The notes under the pieces are model-generated. The model was not told where the DNA came from. It was given only the letters and a program-made list of their open reading frames with translations, and did no database searches. DNA of 43,860 nucleotides from a virus. Its lineage: Duplodnaviria > Caudoviricetes. The DNA lies in the IMG/VR virus record IMGVR_UViG_3300030397_000543, positions 1-43,860 of that record; one strand, given 5' to 3'. Positions 17,592 through 27,920 of the stretch are shown piece after piece. Both the position numbers and the translations under genes were made by a program. How positions within the stretch are numbered: the first letter of the stretch is position 1; the number at the start of each line of letters is the position of its first letter.

Positions 17592-18079
17592 TATTCACCA
17601 TCAGGCTTGTTAGAGTCGATTAGTAAACTAGCTTCATATAAAACTTGGTTTTCCGCTTCCAGTACATTCAAGCGCCGCAATAAACGGAATATAAAAACGA
17701 GAAGCCCGATAACAAAGGATGCTGTAACCAAGTGCATCAATGGCGCAGTAGGGCTTTCGGCAATTTGTTTAAGCAACGATAAAAACCATAAAAATGCAGG
17801 TAAACAACAGATTGCAACCAAATTCGTATTCCCCGTTAAACGGTATACCAAGATGGTAAAAATACCTGATACAAATAAGGCAAAAGAAACGAAACTCGGT
17901 TGTACACCAAACTCGCGGATAATGTGATTCGCAACGGGGTTATCAGGGCGCACTAAAATGGCGAATGACGAAATAAACATCAGCGCCGCAATGATACCGA
18001 CAAATTGCGCCAAATAGGTAATATCTTCTAATTCTTCTCGGATTGTCGGCTTGGGGTTAGCCGCTATGTTTTCTGCCAT
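17591..18079 (-). CDS. Four-TM membrane protein, holin candidate
   Basis: Four hydrophobic helices and a charged C-terminus; GAGG RBS. Confidence 0.6.
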   Translation of the reverse strand: MAENIAANPKPTIREELEDITYLAQFVGIIAALMFISSFAILVRPDNPVANHIIREFGVQPSFVSFALFVSGIFTILVYRLTGNTNLVAICCLPAFLWFLSLLKQIAESPTAPLMHLVTASFVIGLLVFIFRLLRRLNVLEAENQVLYEASLLIDSNKPDGE

Positions 18080-18104
18080 GTTAGCCTCACATTTTGTTTT
18101 CGGT

Positions 18105-18113
18105 ATTATACCA
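18105..18113 (-). promoter_or_regulatory. Extended -10 promoter
   Basis: TGGTATAAT between the hub gene and the membrane-protein genes. Confidence 0.55.
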
Positions 18114-18126
18114 TAATTGGCTTAAT

Positions 18127-20016
18127 CTAAGCTGAGTACAAGGCTTGTGCTACACCTTGAACAACAATCGTCATTTCAACCATGCCGTGCGATACTTCGT
18201 GTGCTGGTGTTCCCGAAGGGATGAAAGAAAATGGTGTTCGCGCATTCCCCGTGCGCGTCAAGCACGTTAATTCGATTTCGTGGTCTTGATATATTCCCCC
18301 TGCATCAGCAAGGAATACATCGGTTATGTCCATAATAATATCAAGCGCCGCATTGGGTGTACCACCTGAGTTCCAAACGCCAGCACCGCCAAGTAAATAG
18401 GTCACATCAACGTGATTGGTTATGTCCGTACCATTGTAAGAAATACTTACATCAGTCGGATAATCATCATCTTCTGCTACAACAAAGACTTGTTCCGCAT
18501 TGAGGTTAAATAAGGTATGGGTATGCGCTGCACTTCCTGGACTCCCACTAGATACTGAACCCGTAATATTGCTTGGGCTTCCTGGTATCGCCACGCGCAT
18601 ATTTGAGGACAAGGGAAATGTGCGCCAACGCAGCAAAACCCGTGTTACATCAGTAACGGTGTCATCAATCCGTAGCAAAAAGCGTGCTGGTTTTTCGACA
18701 TACGTTCCACCAGCTTGAAGGGTATCATAATAGGTATAGCTTTGACGAAAGGCTGTTGGGTCAATCCAAAGGCGTTTTGACTTGATGGACTTAACCGCTT
18801 TTGCCATGATGTCTACATCGTTCATTTCTTCACGGTCTACATTGACGAGTTTCAGGGTTGAGACAAAATTCCCTTGTGCGCTGCGCGTGGTCGATTTCTC
18901 CATCACCCAAAAATCGTCGTCAATATCCACATAAAAATTGCCTTCTGTGTTTAAGCCCTTGTAGCGCACATTCACCTTGTCGCCACAACGCAATTCGGCT
19001 GTTAGACCGTAAACTTGTACATTATCGAGGGTGACACGTCTATCTTTGTGACGCTTCAACCATTCTTCCCCGTTTTGCAGTAGGGTAGTTTGCCCCTGTG
19101 TTTTACCTGTTGCGGTATTGCTTACAGGGCGTACTTGGTCGAAAACGACAACCGCTTCCCGAACACCGTTTGCGGCAATACTCGCAGTATCTTCAATGTA
19201 ATATTCATCAACCCCATTGAGGCGTGTCCGTGATTGCACCGTATAGGTAGACCCCACTTCACCGTCATTTAGTGTAAGTTGGGCTGCGCCTTGTCCTGCG
19301 CCAAGCACGATAACACGGTTATAGGTTTCGTCCAGACTATAACGGACGTTAATCCGTTTTAGGATAGCAACATCTTCGCGCTCATGAAATTTAGAGTCAG
19401 TTGTCTGTAAATTCGTCAGGCGCACGTTTGTATTTACTACCCCAAATGAACCAATCTCTAATTGCCTCAGTGTGTCATTGAGGCGAAAGTGAACGCCGTT
19501 TCGCCCTGTTACATCTGCAATCCCACTAAAATGACTTTGTCCTTGAAAGGTCGAATTTAGGAATACCGTATTCGGAGTCGAGTCGTAATTACTTCGCGTC
19601 CACGCAGGAGTCGCAGTCGTTAGCAAATCTAAAACGATGCTTCCTACATTGAAATTATTATAATCTCGCGCAAAACCAGCAACGAGTAATTCCAATTCTT
19701 TGAGCATATCCCAACATTGAACGGTCAAGGTCGCCTTGCCGTTGTCGTCTGAAATGGAGTGTTTGCGGTACATATACCGCCCGATATATCCCTCTTGTTC
19801 GGTATATACATCAAAGAAAACAGCATTATCCACGTCAAGGGCTTTAGGGTCAGATGCTGGCATAACAAAATCCAACATGCCCATGCGTGAGAGCCGTTCC
19901 TGAGTATTAATTTGTGAGACATTACGTAATGACCCAAGCGTGCCAGATAATTTATTGCCCGAACTATCGAGAACATCTATCCGAAACGGGCTATCGGGCG
20001 CTGAATTTAAGACCAT
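18127..20016 (-). CDS. Tail tip / baseplate hub protein (Tal-like)
   Basis: Follows Dit; ETYNRVIVLGAG, SIAANGVRE and LRCGDKVNV hub motifs. Confidence 0.75.
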   Translation of the reverse strand: MVLNSAPDSPFRIDVLDSSGNKLSGTLGSLRNVSQINTQERLSRMGMLDFVMPASDPKALDVDNAVFFDVYTEQEGYIGRYMYRKHSISDDNGKATLTVQCWDMLKELELLVAGFARDYNNFNVGSIVLDLLTTATPAWTRSNYDSTPNTVFLNSTFQGQSHFSGIADVTGRNGVHFRLNDTLRQLEIGSFGVVNTNVRLTNLQTTDSKFHEREDVAILKRINVRYSLDETYNRVIVLGAGQGAAQLTLNDGEVGSTYTVQSRTRLNGVDEYYIEDTASIAANGVREAVVVFDQVRPVSNTATGKTQGQTTLLQNGEEWLKRHKDRRVTLDNVQVYGLTAELRCGDKVNVRYKGLNTEGNFYVDIDDDFWVMEKSTTRSAQGNFVSTLKLVNVDREEMNDVDIMAKAVKSIKSKRLWIDPTAFRQSYTYYDTLQAGGTYVEKPARFLLRIDDTVTDVTRVLLRWRTFPLSSNMRVAIPGSPSNITGSVSSGSPGSAAHTHTLFNLNAEQVFVVAEDDDYPTDVSISYNGTDITNHVDVTYLLGGAGVWNSGGTPNAALDIIMDITDVFLADAGGIYQDHEIELTCLTRTGNARTPFSFIPSGTPAHEVSHGMVEMTIVVQGVAQALYSA

Positions 20017-20019
20017 AAT

Positions 20020-20886
20020 TTACCTTACGTAGTGTGTTTGCCATTTAATTGAAATGTCAGGGTTGCCAGTAACCGATGTTGCGGAAATTTGAAATTGATT
20101 CGTTCCGTTTACAAAATCCCACCAGTGAATTTGGGTATCAGGAACATCTAAATTTTCATAAACCCCTGTACCGTCTAAATCTATATGTTGCGGCAAGCCC
20201 TTCAAGGTCAACACTTCATTTGCGGCAACCGTCCCTGTATAAGTTACTTCGGTGCTGGTTGTCGCATTCCGAATTAAAATATCGGTACACGACTCGCCCG
20301 TTCCTGGATTAATCGTGATGGTTAAATCCTTGTGCGGAATACCTGCATTGAAGCAATTTAAAGTGCTGGTCGTGCCACTAATAAGAATGTGATTTATTTC
20401 GTTTCCGCTATCCCATCCGTAGCCTGAACTCCAAACCCATTCACCGCCTGTATAGCTTAAAAATGTTTCGGCAACTTGTCGCCAGTAGGGATAAACCATC
20501 TCAAACGAGACATTCATCGGTTCATATCCCTCTAAATCAGAGATGCTATCAGGCACATACACATTGGCACGCGGTTTTGTGATACCTTGTACCAATTTTA
20601 CTTGTGCTTGGCGTAGGCTATCGTCGCGCATTTTTGCCGTGAGTATTTGTCTGCCTGAATAGGCTTCGGTATAGATGTCGTCTAAAAATTGGTCAATATC
20701 GGAAACATCTTGACTGGATACCCAAAAGGTCGCAGATAAGATTTTACGCTCTAAATAGGTATTTGCGCCGTCCATATCAAACGCGCCATTGCGTAAGTCA
20801 ACCGTATTTGACCGAAACGGCACAGGGAGTTGATGTTGGGCTTGTAGTTGCGGCAAGATAATATTGCCAAAGCTATATAGTCGCAT
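20020..20886 (-). CDS. Distal tail protein (Dit-like)
   Basis: Follows the tape measure gene; FEMVYPYW and GTNQFQI motifs. Confidence 0.75.
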   Translation of the reverse strand: MRLYSFGNIILPQLQAQHQLPVPFRSNTVDLRNGAFDMDGANTYLERKILSATFWVSSQDVSDIDQFLDDIYTEAYSGRQILTAKMRDDSLRQAQVKLVQGITKPRANVYVPDSISDLEGYEPMNVSFEMVYPYWRQVAETFLSYTGGEWVWSSGYGWDSGNEINHILISGTTSTLNCFNAGIPHKDLTITINPGTGESCTDILIRNATTSTEVTYTGTVAANEVLTLKGLPQHIDLDGTGVYENLDVPDTQIHWWDFVNGTNQFQISATSVTGNPDISIKWQTHYVR

Positions 20887-20889
20887 AGG

Positions 20890-23715
20890 TTATGTTCCGA
20901 TTCTTACGCCTTCGGCTTGCAAGGTATTTTTCAACATAGACGCTGAACTTCGTGCATCTGATTCCGTAATCGGATGGTGGAAGTTGAAATAAATATTGAT
21001 AGGAGAGCCATTTCCGCCGCTTTGCAATATGTCTTCGGTTTGGGCGTTCGGCACGACTGTACCATCTGTTTTCGGGATGAATAACTCTCTTGAGTTCGGA
21101 CTACCACCATCACCAACGATAATGGGGTCTCCTGCGCGAGTATCACCACCAAATTGAAAACCGAATTGTCTACCAAATGCGCCCACAACATCGCCAAAAC
21201 TAACTTGACCACTTGTGACCAAACCAGAAATTTGCCCTAATTGATTAGCGGATTGCCCTGCGGTATTAATTGCACTCATCGGGTCAAAGTTCGCTAGGGA
21301 ATTGCGAACGGGCGTAATAATGTTAGTCGTTACCCATTCAACGATATTCGGTAGGGCATTTGCAATCGCACTAAAGATACTGGTCCCGACACCTGCCCAA
21401 TCGACACCTGCAATCGCAGAAGCTGCGCCATTGACTAAGGGCATGAAAACATTGGTCGATAGCCAAACAACAAAATCGAATGCGGCAATAAGGGCAGAGC
21501 CAATCGCGTTGAGGAAGGTTTCTCCCATGCCAAGCCAGTCTATGCCTTCAATTGCGCCGTCTGCATTTTCTGTCACGGGGTTGAAGATGCTATCAACAAT
21601 CCACGATACAAAGTCAAATGCGGCGGTTAAGGCAGAGCCAATTGCGTTAATTATCCCTTCACCGACTGAAAACCAATCAATCGAATCAAGTGCGGCTTGA
21701 GCATTATTGAGCATCGGGATATAGACATTGGTCGAAAACCACTCAACAAAATTAACCGCCGTTGTCAGGACAGAGCCAATTGCGTTCAAGATACCTGAAC
21801 CGACAGCGCTCCAATCTATGCTTTCCCAAGCGGCTTGCGCGTTGTTAATCAAGGGCGTTCCGATATTATCTGCAATCCATGTTGCCCACGATACGGCGGT
21901 ATTGAATGCCGCGCCCAAAGCGTTAAGGATATTCGTTGGAACAGCACCCCAATCTATATTATCCCAAGCGGTTGTTAGGCTATTAACGATGGGATTTATC
22001 AGATTATCTTGAACAAAGGTTGCCGCGCCCGATAATCCGCCACCTTGAAAGGCATCTACTAGTCCTGAGAAGAAATTCCCTATGCCCTCAAAGGCAGGTT
22101 GCAAATAATTCACCCACGCATCGTTGACAATATCGCGTATGCCTAAGAAATTTTCTTCCCATGCTGTTCTGAGGGCGGCAACCGCTACGATTAACGCGCC
22201 AAAAATAGCTAATGGGACAGCGATTGCAGCGACAAACGACGCGACGGCAGGGATGATAACCGCCCCAATCGCAATACCAAATGCAACCAATACGTCTTGC
22301 ATCTCAACGAAACTACCAAGCCATTCTACGATAGGACGCGCCGTATTGATTATTGTTTCTGCGAAAGTACGAATATGAAACGTCATTATGGCTAATGTAT
22401 TTGTAATTCTAGGGTCAAATACTTGACCTAGCATTAACCAGAATGCATACCCTGAATCTACGCCGTTTTCGATATTTGTAAAAAACTCGCTAATTGCATT
22501 AGAAGCGGTAAATAAAAACGCCCCGAAACGACCTACCATGTCCCCCAATGGTCGTAAGAAACGGGGCAAATGCCCTAACCAATCGCTAAGGGTTTCGCCA
22601 TTCGATACGCCGTTTTCAAAAATCGCAAATAAGACACCAAATACGTCAATAAGCGGCTGTACAAAGGGAGCGATGACGCGCCCTGTACTCACCATCGCAG
22701 ACTCGAATCGCGCCCGAAATAGGTTGAGGCTATTTTGGATACCATTTGCCATCTGATTATATGCCGCTTCGGTTGCCCCTGCGGAGTCTGCCATCGCTTC
22801 GGTATTGTTGGCAAAGGTCTCCATGTTCGCGCCCGTAAGGGCGAGTGCTGCTTGTCCAGCTTCGATACTGCCAAACATCTGATTAAGCGGAATACCAGCT
22901 TCGTTAGCGGCTTGTTCCATCAAGCGCAAGGCATCAGCCGTTGAACCGCCTTCCTCAATGAATGAGCCAAAACTTTGCCCAGCAACTTCTTCAAATATTT
23001 GACCAACTTCTGTACCCGTGTCACCTAATTCCACAAATAATTGACGCAGTTGGGTTGTCGCAACGCTTGTTGGTACACCTTGCGCGGTAATGGTAGCGAG
23101 ACCTGCCGTAATATCTTGGAATCCAACACCCATTGCCGCCGCAACAGGGACAACGTTAAACAAAGAACTAGAGAGTTGTTCAAAGTCGGTTTTACCAAGT
23201 CTCACGGCGGTAAACATCAAATCAGAGGCTTGTGTTGCGCCTAACACGTCCGTTCCGTAAGCATTGATGACAGACGATATACCATCGACTGCGGTTTCGA
23301 GGTTTGTCACCCCACCCATAGCGGCTTGATGGGCAGTTTGCATAAATTCAAAGACATTATCGCGTGGCACGCCAGCAGATAGGGATTGATAGAGTGCTGG
23401 CAAGGTTTCTTCACTCAGGCGACCAGTGGTGTTCATGAAGCGTTGCACTTCACTTTCCATGCCGCCCATTGCTTCGGCAGTGATACCAGGAAGCAAGGTA
23501 AATACTTCATTCATGCCATTCTGAAAATCAGTAAAGGCGTTGAAGCTACTAACACCAAACGCGGTAACGGCTGCGCTTGCGGCTGCAATGCCAGCACCTC
23601 CAATGGTGAGGGCTGCGCTTCCGATACCTTGAATATTATCAGCAACGCCCCGTAAGGTGTTCGAGGCGTTGTCTCTAGCGTTGATGACAATTTGAATCGT
23701 GTTGCGTGTTGGCAT
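20890..23715 (-). CDS. Tail tape measure protein (TP901 family)
   Basis: ALYQSLSAGV, TAVRLGKTDFEQL, Trp-spaced IDW repeats, ELFIPKTDGTVVPN C-terminus. Confidence 0.95.
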   Translation of the reverse strand: MPTRNTIQIVINARDNASNTLRGVADNIQGIGSAALTIGGAGIAAASAAVTAFGVSSFNAFTDFQNGMNEVFTLLPGITAEAMGGMESEVQRFMNTTGRLSEETLPALYQSLSAGVPRDNVFEFMQTAHQAAMGGVTNLETAVDGISSVINAYGTDVLGATQASDLMFTAVRLGKTDFEQLSSSLFNVVPVAAAMGVGFQDITAGLATITAQGVPTSVATTQLRQLFVELGDTGTEVGQIFEEVAGQSFGSFIEEGGSTADALRLMEQAANEAGIPLNQMFGSIEAGQAALALTGANMETFANNTEAMADSAGATEAAYNQMANGIQNSLNLFRARFESAMVSTGRVIAPFVQPLIDVFGVLFAIFENGVSNGETLSDWLGHLPRFLRPLGDMVGRFGAFLFTASNAISEFFTNIENGVDSGYAFWLMLGQVFDPRITNTLAIMTFHIRTFAETIINTARPIVEWLGSFVEMQDVLVAFGIAIGAVIIPAVASFVAAIAVPLAIFGALIVAVAALRTAWEENFLGIRDIVNDAWVNYLQPAFEGIGNFFSGLVDAFQGGGLSGAATFVQDNLINPIVNSLTTAWDNIDWGAVPTNILNALGAAFNTAVSWATWIADNIGTPLINNAQAAWESIDWSAVGSGILNAIGSVLTTAVNFVEWFSTNVYIPMLNNAQAALDSIDWFSVGEGIINAIGSALTAAFDFVSWIVDSIFNPVTENADGAIEGIDWLGMGETFLNAIGSALIAAFDFVVWLSTNVFMPLVNGAASAIAGVDWAGVGTSIFSAIANALPNIVEWVTTNIITPVRNSLANFDPMSAINTAGQSANQLGQISGLVTSGQVSFGDVVGAFGRQFGFQFGGDTRAGDPIIVGDGGSPNSRELFIPKTDGTVVPNAQTEDILQSGGNGSPINIYFNFHHPITESDARSSASMLKNTLQAEGVRIGT

Positions 23716-24301
23716 TAGCCCTTAGCTCTCTCGTTTGTTGCACGCTTGATTTCGTTATGCACAAGCCAATCCATCGCAACAACATCAGAGGGCTGTTCGT
23801 CAAAGAGGGTAGGCGGCATACCACCATACATTTGACGTTGCAGATACTCTAATACTTCTCTGGGCATTTCGTAGTCAGGGTCACGAATGTAAAAAATTGC
23901 CCAAATCGCTACAATTAGCGCGTCTTTTTTTTCGTGTCAGGATTGAATAACCCTGCTAAAAAGACCATTTCAGGCGTTGTTAAATCGTAAAAGACTTCTT
24001 TGTTTCCCAAAGGTTGCGGCATTGGCACTTCGCCAGCTTCATCAGATACCCAATTCCATTCCGTAATGTATTCCGACATAAAATCAATATTGATTGCTTC
24101 GGATTGTTTGGCGAGGCTGTTAAATTCCTCAGAATTGGTTTGACCGTCTTTGCTTAATTGCTCTAGTCGCTCGTTGATACTACCTATTTTCTGGCGAAAA
24201 TCACGGAAAACTGCAACGGTTGGGACTTTGTATTTTACCCAACTCCCTTTGCCTTGTATTTCGGTACTCATCGCTTTTTTGGTAGTTTGGCGTTTTGGCA
24301 T
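23715..24301 (-). CDS. Tail assembly chaperone -1 frameshift product (gpGT-like)
   Basis: A-AAA-AAG at 23924-23930; the -1 frame (DALIVAIWAIFYIRDPDYEMPREV...NERAKG) stays open to a TAA overlapping the tape measure ATG. Confidence 0.85.
23915..24301 (-). CDS. Tail assembly chaperone (gpG-like)
   Basis: Lies between the major tail and tape measure genes; ITEWNW motif; slippery sequence at the 3' end. Confidence 0.85.
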   Translation of the reverse strand: MPKRQTTKKAMSTEIQGKGSWVKYKVPTVAVFRDFRQKIGSINERLEQLSKDGQTNSEEFNSLAKQSEAINIDFMSEYITEWNWVSDEAGEVPMPQPLGNKEVFYDLTTPEMVFLAGLFNPDTKKKTR

Positions 24302-24320
24302 TGTGTTACGCTCCGTTTAA

Positions 24321-24767
24321 TTAAGTTGTGTAGGTTGCAAATGCGATAGCGCCGTCTGGTTGCAATTTGGCTGCAATCTTCATGGGCGCGGCTTCGCTTG
24401 CACTCAATTGGAGAGGGTCAAAGTCACCTAATTTGAACTCGCCCGAATACATCCGTTCCCCATTGGTCTTGCCATTAGGGTAGATAATAACCGTGCGATT
24501 GCCGCCATTTTCAAACCACGTTTCCAATAAGTCACGGGCTTCATTGCTGGCAGTGGTGTAAATTGCCTCAATATCGAGTGAGCCATTTTTCTTGCATTCC
24601 AGACGAAACGCCCAATCGCCATCAAATGTAAAGCCTTCACCAAGCGCTTTATTGATGGACAAATTAGCGTTATTTGAACTGCCTGAAATGTTTACGGGTG
24701 TTCCGCCATCGTCGTCTATTTCAATGACTGCGTTACAGGCGTTGATAGCAGTTGTAGTTTGAGCCAT
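24321..24767 (-). CDS. Major tail (tube) protein
   Basis: Synteny; TVIIYPNG...MYSGEF motif; GGAGG RBS. Confidence 0.85.
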   Translation of the reverse strand: MAQTTTAINACNAVIEIDDDGGTPVNISGSSNNANLSINKALGEGFTFDGDWAFRLECKKNGSLDIEAIYTTASNEARDLLETWFENGGNRTVIIYPNGKTNGERMYSGEFKLGDFDPLQLSASEAAPMKIAAKLQPDGAIAFATYTT

Positions 24768-24826
24768 TAGATTCCTCCAAGAGATACATTAAGTTCGTGT
24801 CGCTCTTGGCGTTAATCGCTCTGGCG

Positions 24827-25204
24827 TTACGTAGCATATGGAATGCTCGTTTGGGATTCCCCACAGCAATTCTCCAATGTGCTTGGGGTTTCGGGATTGA
24901 GAATATCGAGGGCTTGCTCTTGAAGCGCTACCAATTCGGGCGGTAAGTCGGCAGGGTTTAGACCTGCAAAATCGCCTAGACTTTCAACCCCTAATTCTTC
25001 CATGATTATATCATATTCCGCTAATGCCTCAAAATACGTCCATTCGGGCGTTTCGAGGGCGCGAATTTTGCCTTTTGTAACCAAGTCCTCACGACTCTGT
25101 TCCGAAAGCTCAAATAAGCCCATATATGCCCCTCTGCGGCGCGTTGTCTGTTCCCCTTCGGCATCGGTTACAACAAGGTTATCTAGTAATTTATACAGTG
25201 GCAT
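24827..25204 (-). CDS. Hypothetical structural-module protein
   Basis: Start reassigned to MPLYK at 25204 (TAATG overlap with the upstream stop). Confidence 0.65.
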   Translation of the reverse strand: MPLYKLLDNLVVTDAEGEQTTRRRGAYMGLFELSEQSREDLVTKGKIRALETPEWTYFEALAEYDIIMEELGVESLGDFAGLNPADLPPELVALQEQALDILNPETPSTLENCCGESQTSIPYAT

Positions 25205-25671
25205 TAGAAAATCCTCACAACTATGGTTATACGACATACTAGCCAATCTTCATTTGAGCTATTAATAACGACTCGTTCTCCATCATATTGGAAGCTGCGA
25301 ATCGCTTGACTTCCGAACGGGCTATCTGGGTCCAGCGCGTCTAATTTGTCCATCACGGCTTGCGAAATTTCTGCCCAAGCAACCATCGCTTCACCAAATC
25401 GGCTTTTTTTGCTGATATACACGTCTGCGATATGTGTCCAATCGTGCTGAATAACCCGTGTTACACCGCCACCGCCAAAGGTAATTTGTTGGGTTTCGGA
25501 GTCGGTTGATACGTTCCCCCATCCATCAGGATAAACTTGCACCAATGGAACATCTTGGTCTGGGATGTTCTCGGTTAATTGGTGTAAATCTTGTACGGTC
25601 TCGATTGCAGAAATACTCTTAAACGTGGTTGCAATCGCTGTATTGATAGCCTTTACATCATAGGTCGCCAT
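25204..25671 (-). CDS. Tail terminator protein
   Basis: Synteny after the gp10-like gene; size and DVPLVQVYP pattern. Confidence 0.7.
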   Translation of the reverse strand: MATYDVKAINTAIATTFKSISAIETVQDLHQLTENIPDQDVPLVQVYPDGWGNVSTDSETQQITFGGGGVTRVIQHDWTHIADVYISKKSRFGEAMVAWAEISQAVMDKLDALDPDSPFGSQAIRSFQYDGERVVINSSNEDWLVCRITIVVRIF

Positions 25672-25673
25672 AC

Positions 25674-26150
25674 TTATGCTCCGTTAATTGCGGTTGTAAC
25701 GTGATTGCCTAACATTTGAACGATTTTTGCTTGGTTTTTGTCGGCTGCACGCTTCATAAAGAATTGCCCTTGCAAACCGCCACGCTGCAAAATCCCTTGT
25801 GCGACAACAAAAGCATTCAAGCCGTGTCGCCTTGCCCATCCTTCAAGTGCGGAAACAGGCGGCATCCGATTGTGGTCTGTACCGTATTCTTGATGCGGCG
25901 CATATTTGACAGGCGTTCCAACGACTCCCGTTACTCGTCTAGGAAAACCGACAGGTGAAACGGTCTGCGTCATACTTGCCCGTAATCGCCCTGTATCGAC
26001 AGGGGCAAATCGCTTGGCATCGCGCAAAACAAGATTCGTCGCTCGGTGCATGGTCTGAATCATCTTGCGCCCGTGCATCGCTTCTGCGATTTTTTCCAAG
26101 CGTTCGCGCTGCTCGTTCGCGCCTAACACACTCATTCTTGTCGGCATCAT
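25674..26150 (-). CDS. HK97 gp10-like tail completion protein
   Basis: APVDTGRLRAS, YAPHQEYGT, FFMKRA. Confidence 0.9.
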   Translation of the reverse strand: MMPTRMSVLGANEQRERLEKIAEAMHGRKMIQTMHRATNLVLRDAKRFAPVDTGRLRASMTQTVSPVGFPRRVTGVVGTPVKYAPHQEYGTDHNRMPPVSALEGWARRHGLNAFVVAQGILQRGGLQGQFFMKRAADKNQAKIVQMLGNHVTTAINGA

Positions 26151-26857
26151 TAGCGTCCTATGAATTTAGCCCGTTTTAAGCCTGACATATTGAGCATGAC
26201 CTGAACATCTTTGTCGAGTTTCGACAAGAAACGCGATTGACCAAAATCGCCAGTTAGTAACGCATCAGCCATACCGCCGCCAACACGCTTATACACCCGA
26301 ATCGATTGCATAATCGTTGCCTGTTTAATGGGTTCGGGAACGTCTGTGGCGTAGCCCCATTTAGCGGTCACTTTGAGGGTAGGGTAGAAGGCACTATCAA
26401 ATACATCGTCAGGGTGTACCTGAAAATCACTTAATTCCCCATAGTTCCCTTGTGCAAAAACACGACGCGGCGCATTCGGTAACAGGATAATGCCGTGATA
26501 CGGTGTGCGATTGAAATTGACAAATTTACTTTTGGGACTGCCAGCAAAACCGCGCACATGCGTACCAATCGTTAAGGATACACCGTAGCTGGTATCGGTG
26601 ACTGCATCCTTCATTGCAACGGCGGTTATTTCAGTACACGGGTCAATCCATGCGTAGCGTTCTGACGCGGTTGCATATTCACGCTCGGTAGCTGTGGTTA
26701 AGGCTTTAAAGCCTACTTCCTTGTAGCCCATAAAGCCGTCTATCATGCGCGAAACAGCAAGGATAATGCTTTCGATTATTCCGTTGTCTGCCTTCGACTT
26801 TGCATCCATCTGACGGCGCACATCTTCGGCAGATGCGTACTTAGTTGTCAATACCAT
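26150..26857 (-). CDS. Head-tail connector / adaptor (gp6-like)
   Basis: YASAEDVR, AVSRMID, VTAKWGY..VPEPIKQA. Confidence 0.85.
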   Translation of the reverse strand: MVLTTKYASAEDVRRQMDAKSKADNGIIESIILAVSRMIDGFMGYKEVGFKALTTATEREYATASERYAWIDPCTEITAVAMKDAVTDTSYGVSLTIGTHVRGFAGSPKSKFVNFNRTPYHGIILLPNAPRRVFAQGNYGELSDFQVHPDDVFDSAFYPTLKVTAKWGYATDVPEPIKQATIMQSIRVYKRVGGGMADALLTGDFGQSRFLSKLDKDVQVMLNMSGLKRAKFIGR

Positions 26858-27212
26858 CTAGCACCTGTTCTGGAAATACTAATTTATGCGCTCGATAGGG
26901 AATAGCCGCTTGCCTGTCATACGGCTGAACGAGAACATGATAGCCATAGCGGTTTGAATTTACGTCCCACCAATAGGCTGTAATTAAGCCAATATCGGTA
27001 TATTCGGGCTGTTGTGTTGGAATATCTGGATTGCGGAATCCGATAAATTCCCCAATCGGTAAAAAGCCGTCAACACGCCCTGTATAGATACAACCAATCG
27101 GTTCGGGTGTTCCTGTGTCGCAAACGCCACTTTGGGCATTTGTATTGGGAATAATCTGCGACAACGCGAATAACAGCAATAATGCGCTAAATATGGCTAA
27201 ATCTCTAAACAC
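26841..27212 (-). CDS. Hypothetical protein with a signal peptide
   Basis: GTG start with GGAG RBS; hydrophobic N-terminus ending TNA-Q; upstream TGGTATACT extended -10 at 27234-27242. Confidence 0.6.
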   Translation of the reverse strand: MFRDLAIFSALLLLFALSQIIPNTNAQSGVCDTGTPEPIGCIYTGRVDGFLPIGEFIGFRNPDIPTQQPEYTDIGLITAYWWDVNSNRYGYHVLVQPYDRQAAIPYRAHKLVFPEQVLDGIDN

Positions 27213-27245
27213 GGCACACTCCCTTTTTGAAAAAGTATACCACAA

Positions 27246-27271
27246 CAAAAAACCCCTCAATTCGAGGGGTT
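27246..27271 (-). terminator. Intrinsic terminator
   Basis: AACCCCTC-gaatt-GAGGGGTT plus T-run. Confidence 0.75.
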
Positions 27272-27297
27272 AAGTATTTTGTAGTTGAAATGCGGTT

Positions 27298-27624
27298 CTA
27301 TTCTTCTCTATGCCAATCTCTAGGGTCACTATCCCATAATTCTTGACGTTCAATTTCCTCAATCTTCGCATGGAGGTCTTGAATTGAATTTTCGACAAGG
27401 GCGCGTTTATCGCCTGTCATGCGTTCACTCTCTAGTGATTCTTCAAGGGCTTCAATCGTGTATCGCATCAACCCCTTCGCAAATTCCATTTTTTGCCCTT
27501 GTGTCATTTCGACAGGTCTCTTGCGTAGTCCTAACCACTCAAGGAAACGAAAAATCGGACTGACGATAAAAATGTAAATGAGGGCGCGAATGATGCGGAT
27601 AGCGTCTTTGTCTTCAAACTTCAT
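27298..27624 (-). CDS. Hypothetical accessory protein
   Basis: ORF in the cassette between head and head-tail genes. Confidence 0.65.
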   Translation of the reverse strand: MKFEDKDAIRIIRALIYIFIVSPIFRFLEWLGLRKRPVEMTQGQKMEFAKGLMRYTIEALEESLESERMTGDKRALVENSIQDLHAKIEEIERQELWDSDPRDWHREE

Positions 27625-27863
27625 AACAAGTCCCCTGTAAATTCACCGTCTATTCTCGGCACACCTGCGATGATTAAATCGCGTAAGGCGTAAATGGCTT
27701 CGGAAAATTCCCATTCCGTCATGTGTTGGTCGTGAATTGATTTTGCGTAATTCATAATTCGCCATTCACTCCAACCCGTTTGCTCCATAGTCGTCTTTAA
27801 GGCTTGCCTTGCTTCTCTTAGTTCTTTGTCCGATTCGATTCTGCCCATGTCATAACCTTTCAC
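27621..27863 (-). CDS. Hypothetical accessory protein
   Basis: ATGA overlap with the next gene. Confidence 0.6.
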   Translation of the reverse strand: MKGYDMGRIESDKELREARQALKTTMEQTGWSEWRIMNYAKSIHDQHMTEWEFSEAIYALRDLIIAGVPRIDGEFTGDLL

Positions 27864-27920
27864 TAAGGTTTATTACGGCTCTTTACGTTTCGTATTATCC
27901 GTGAATTACGCAGCGTACAA

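Noticed and set aside
21300-22000. Trp-spaced repeats in the tape measure gene and their antisense ORFs
   Set aside because: Ordinary tape-measure periodicity; the + strand ORFs are shadows of the coding strand.
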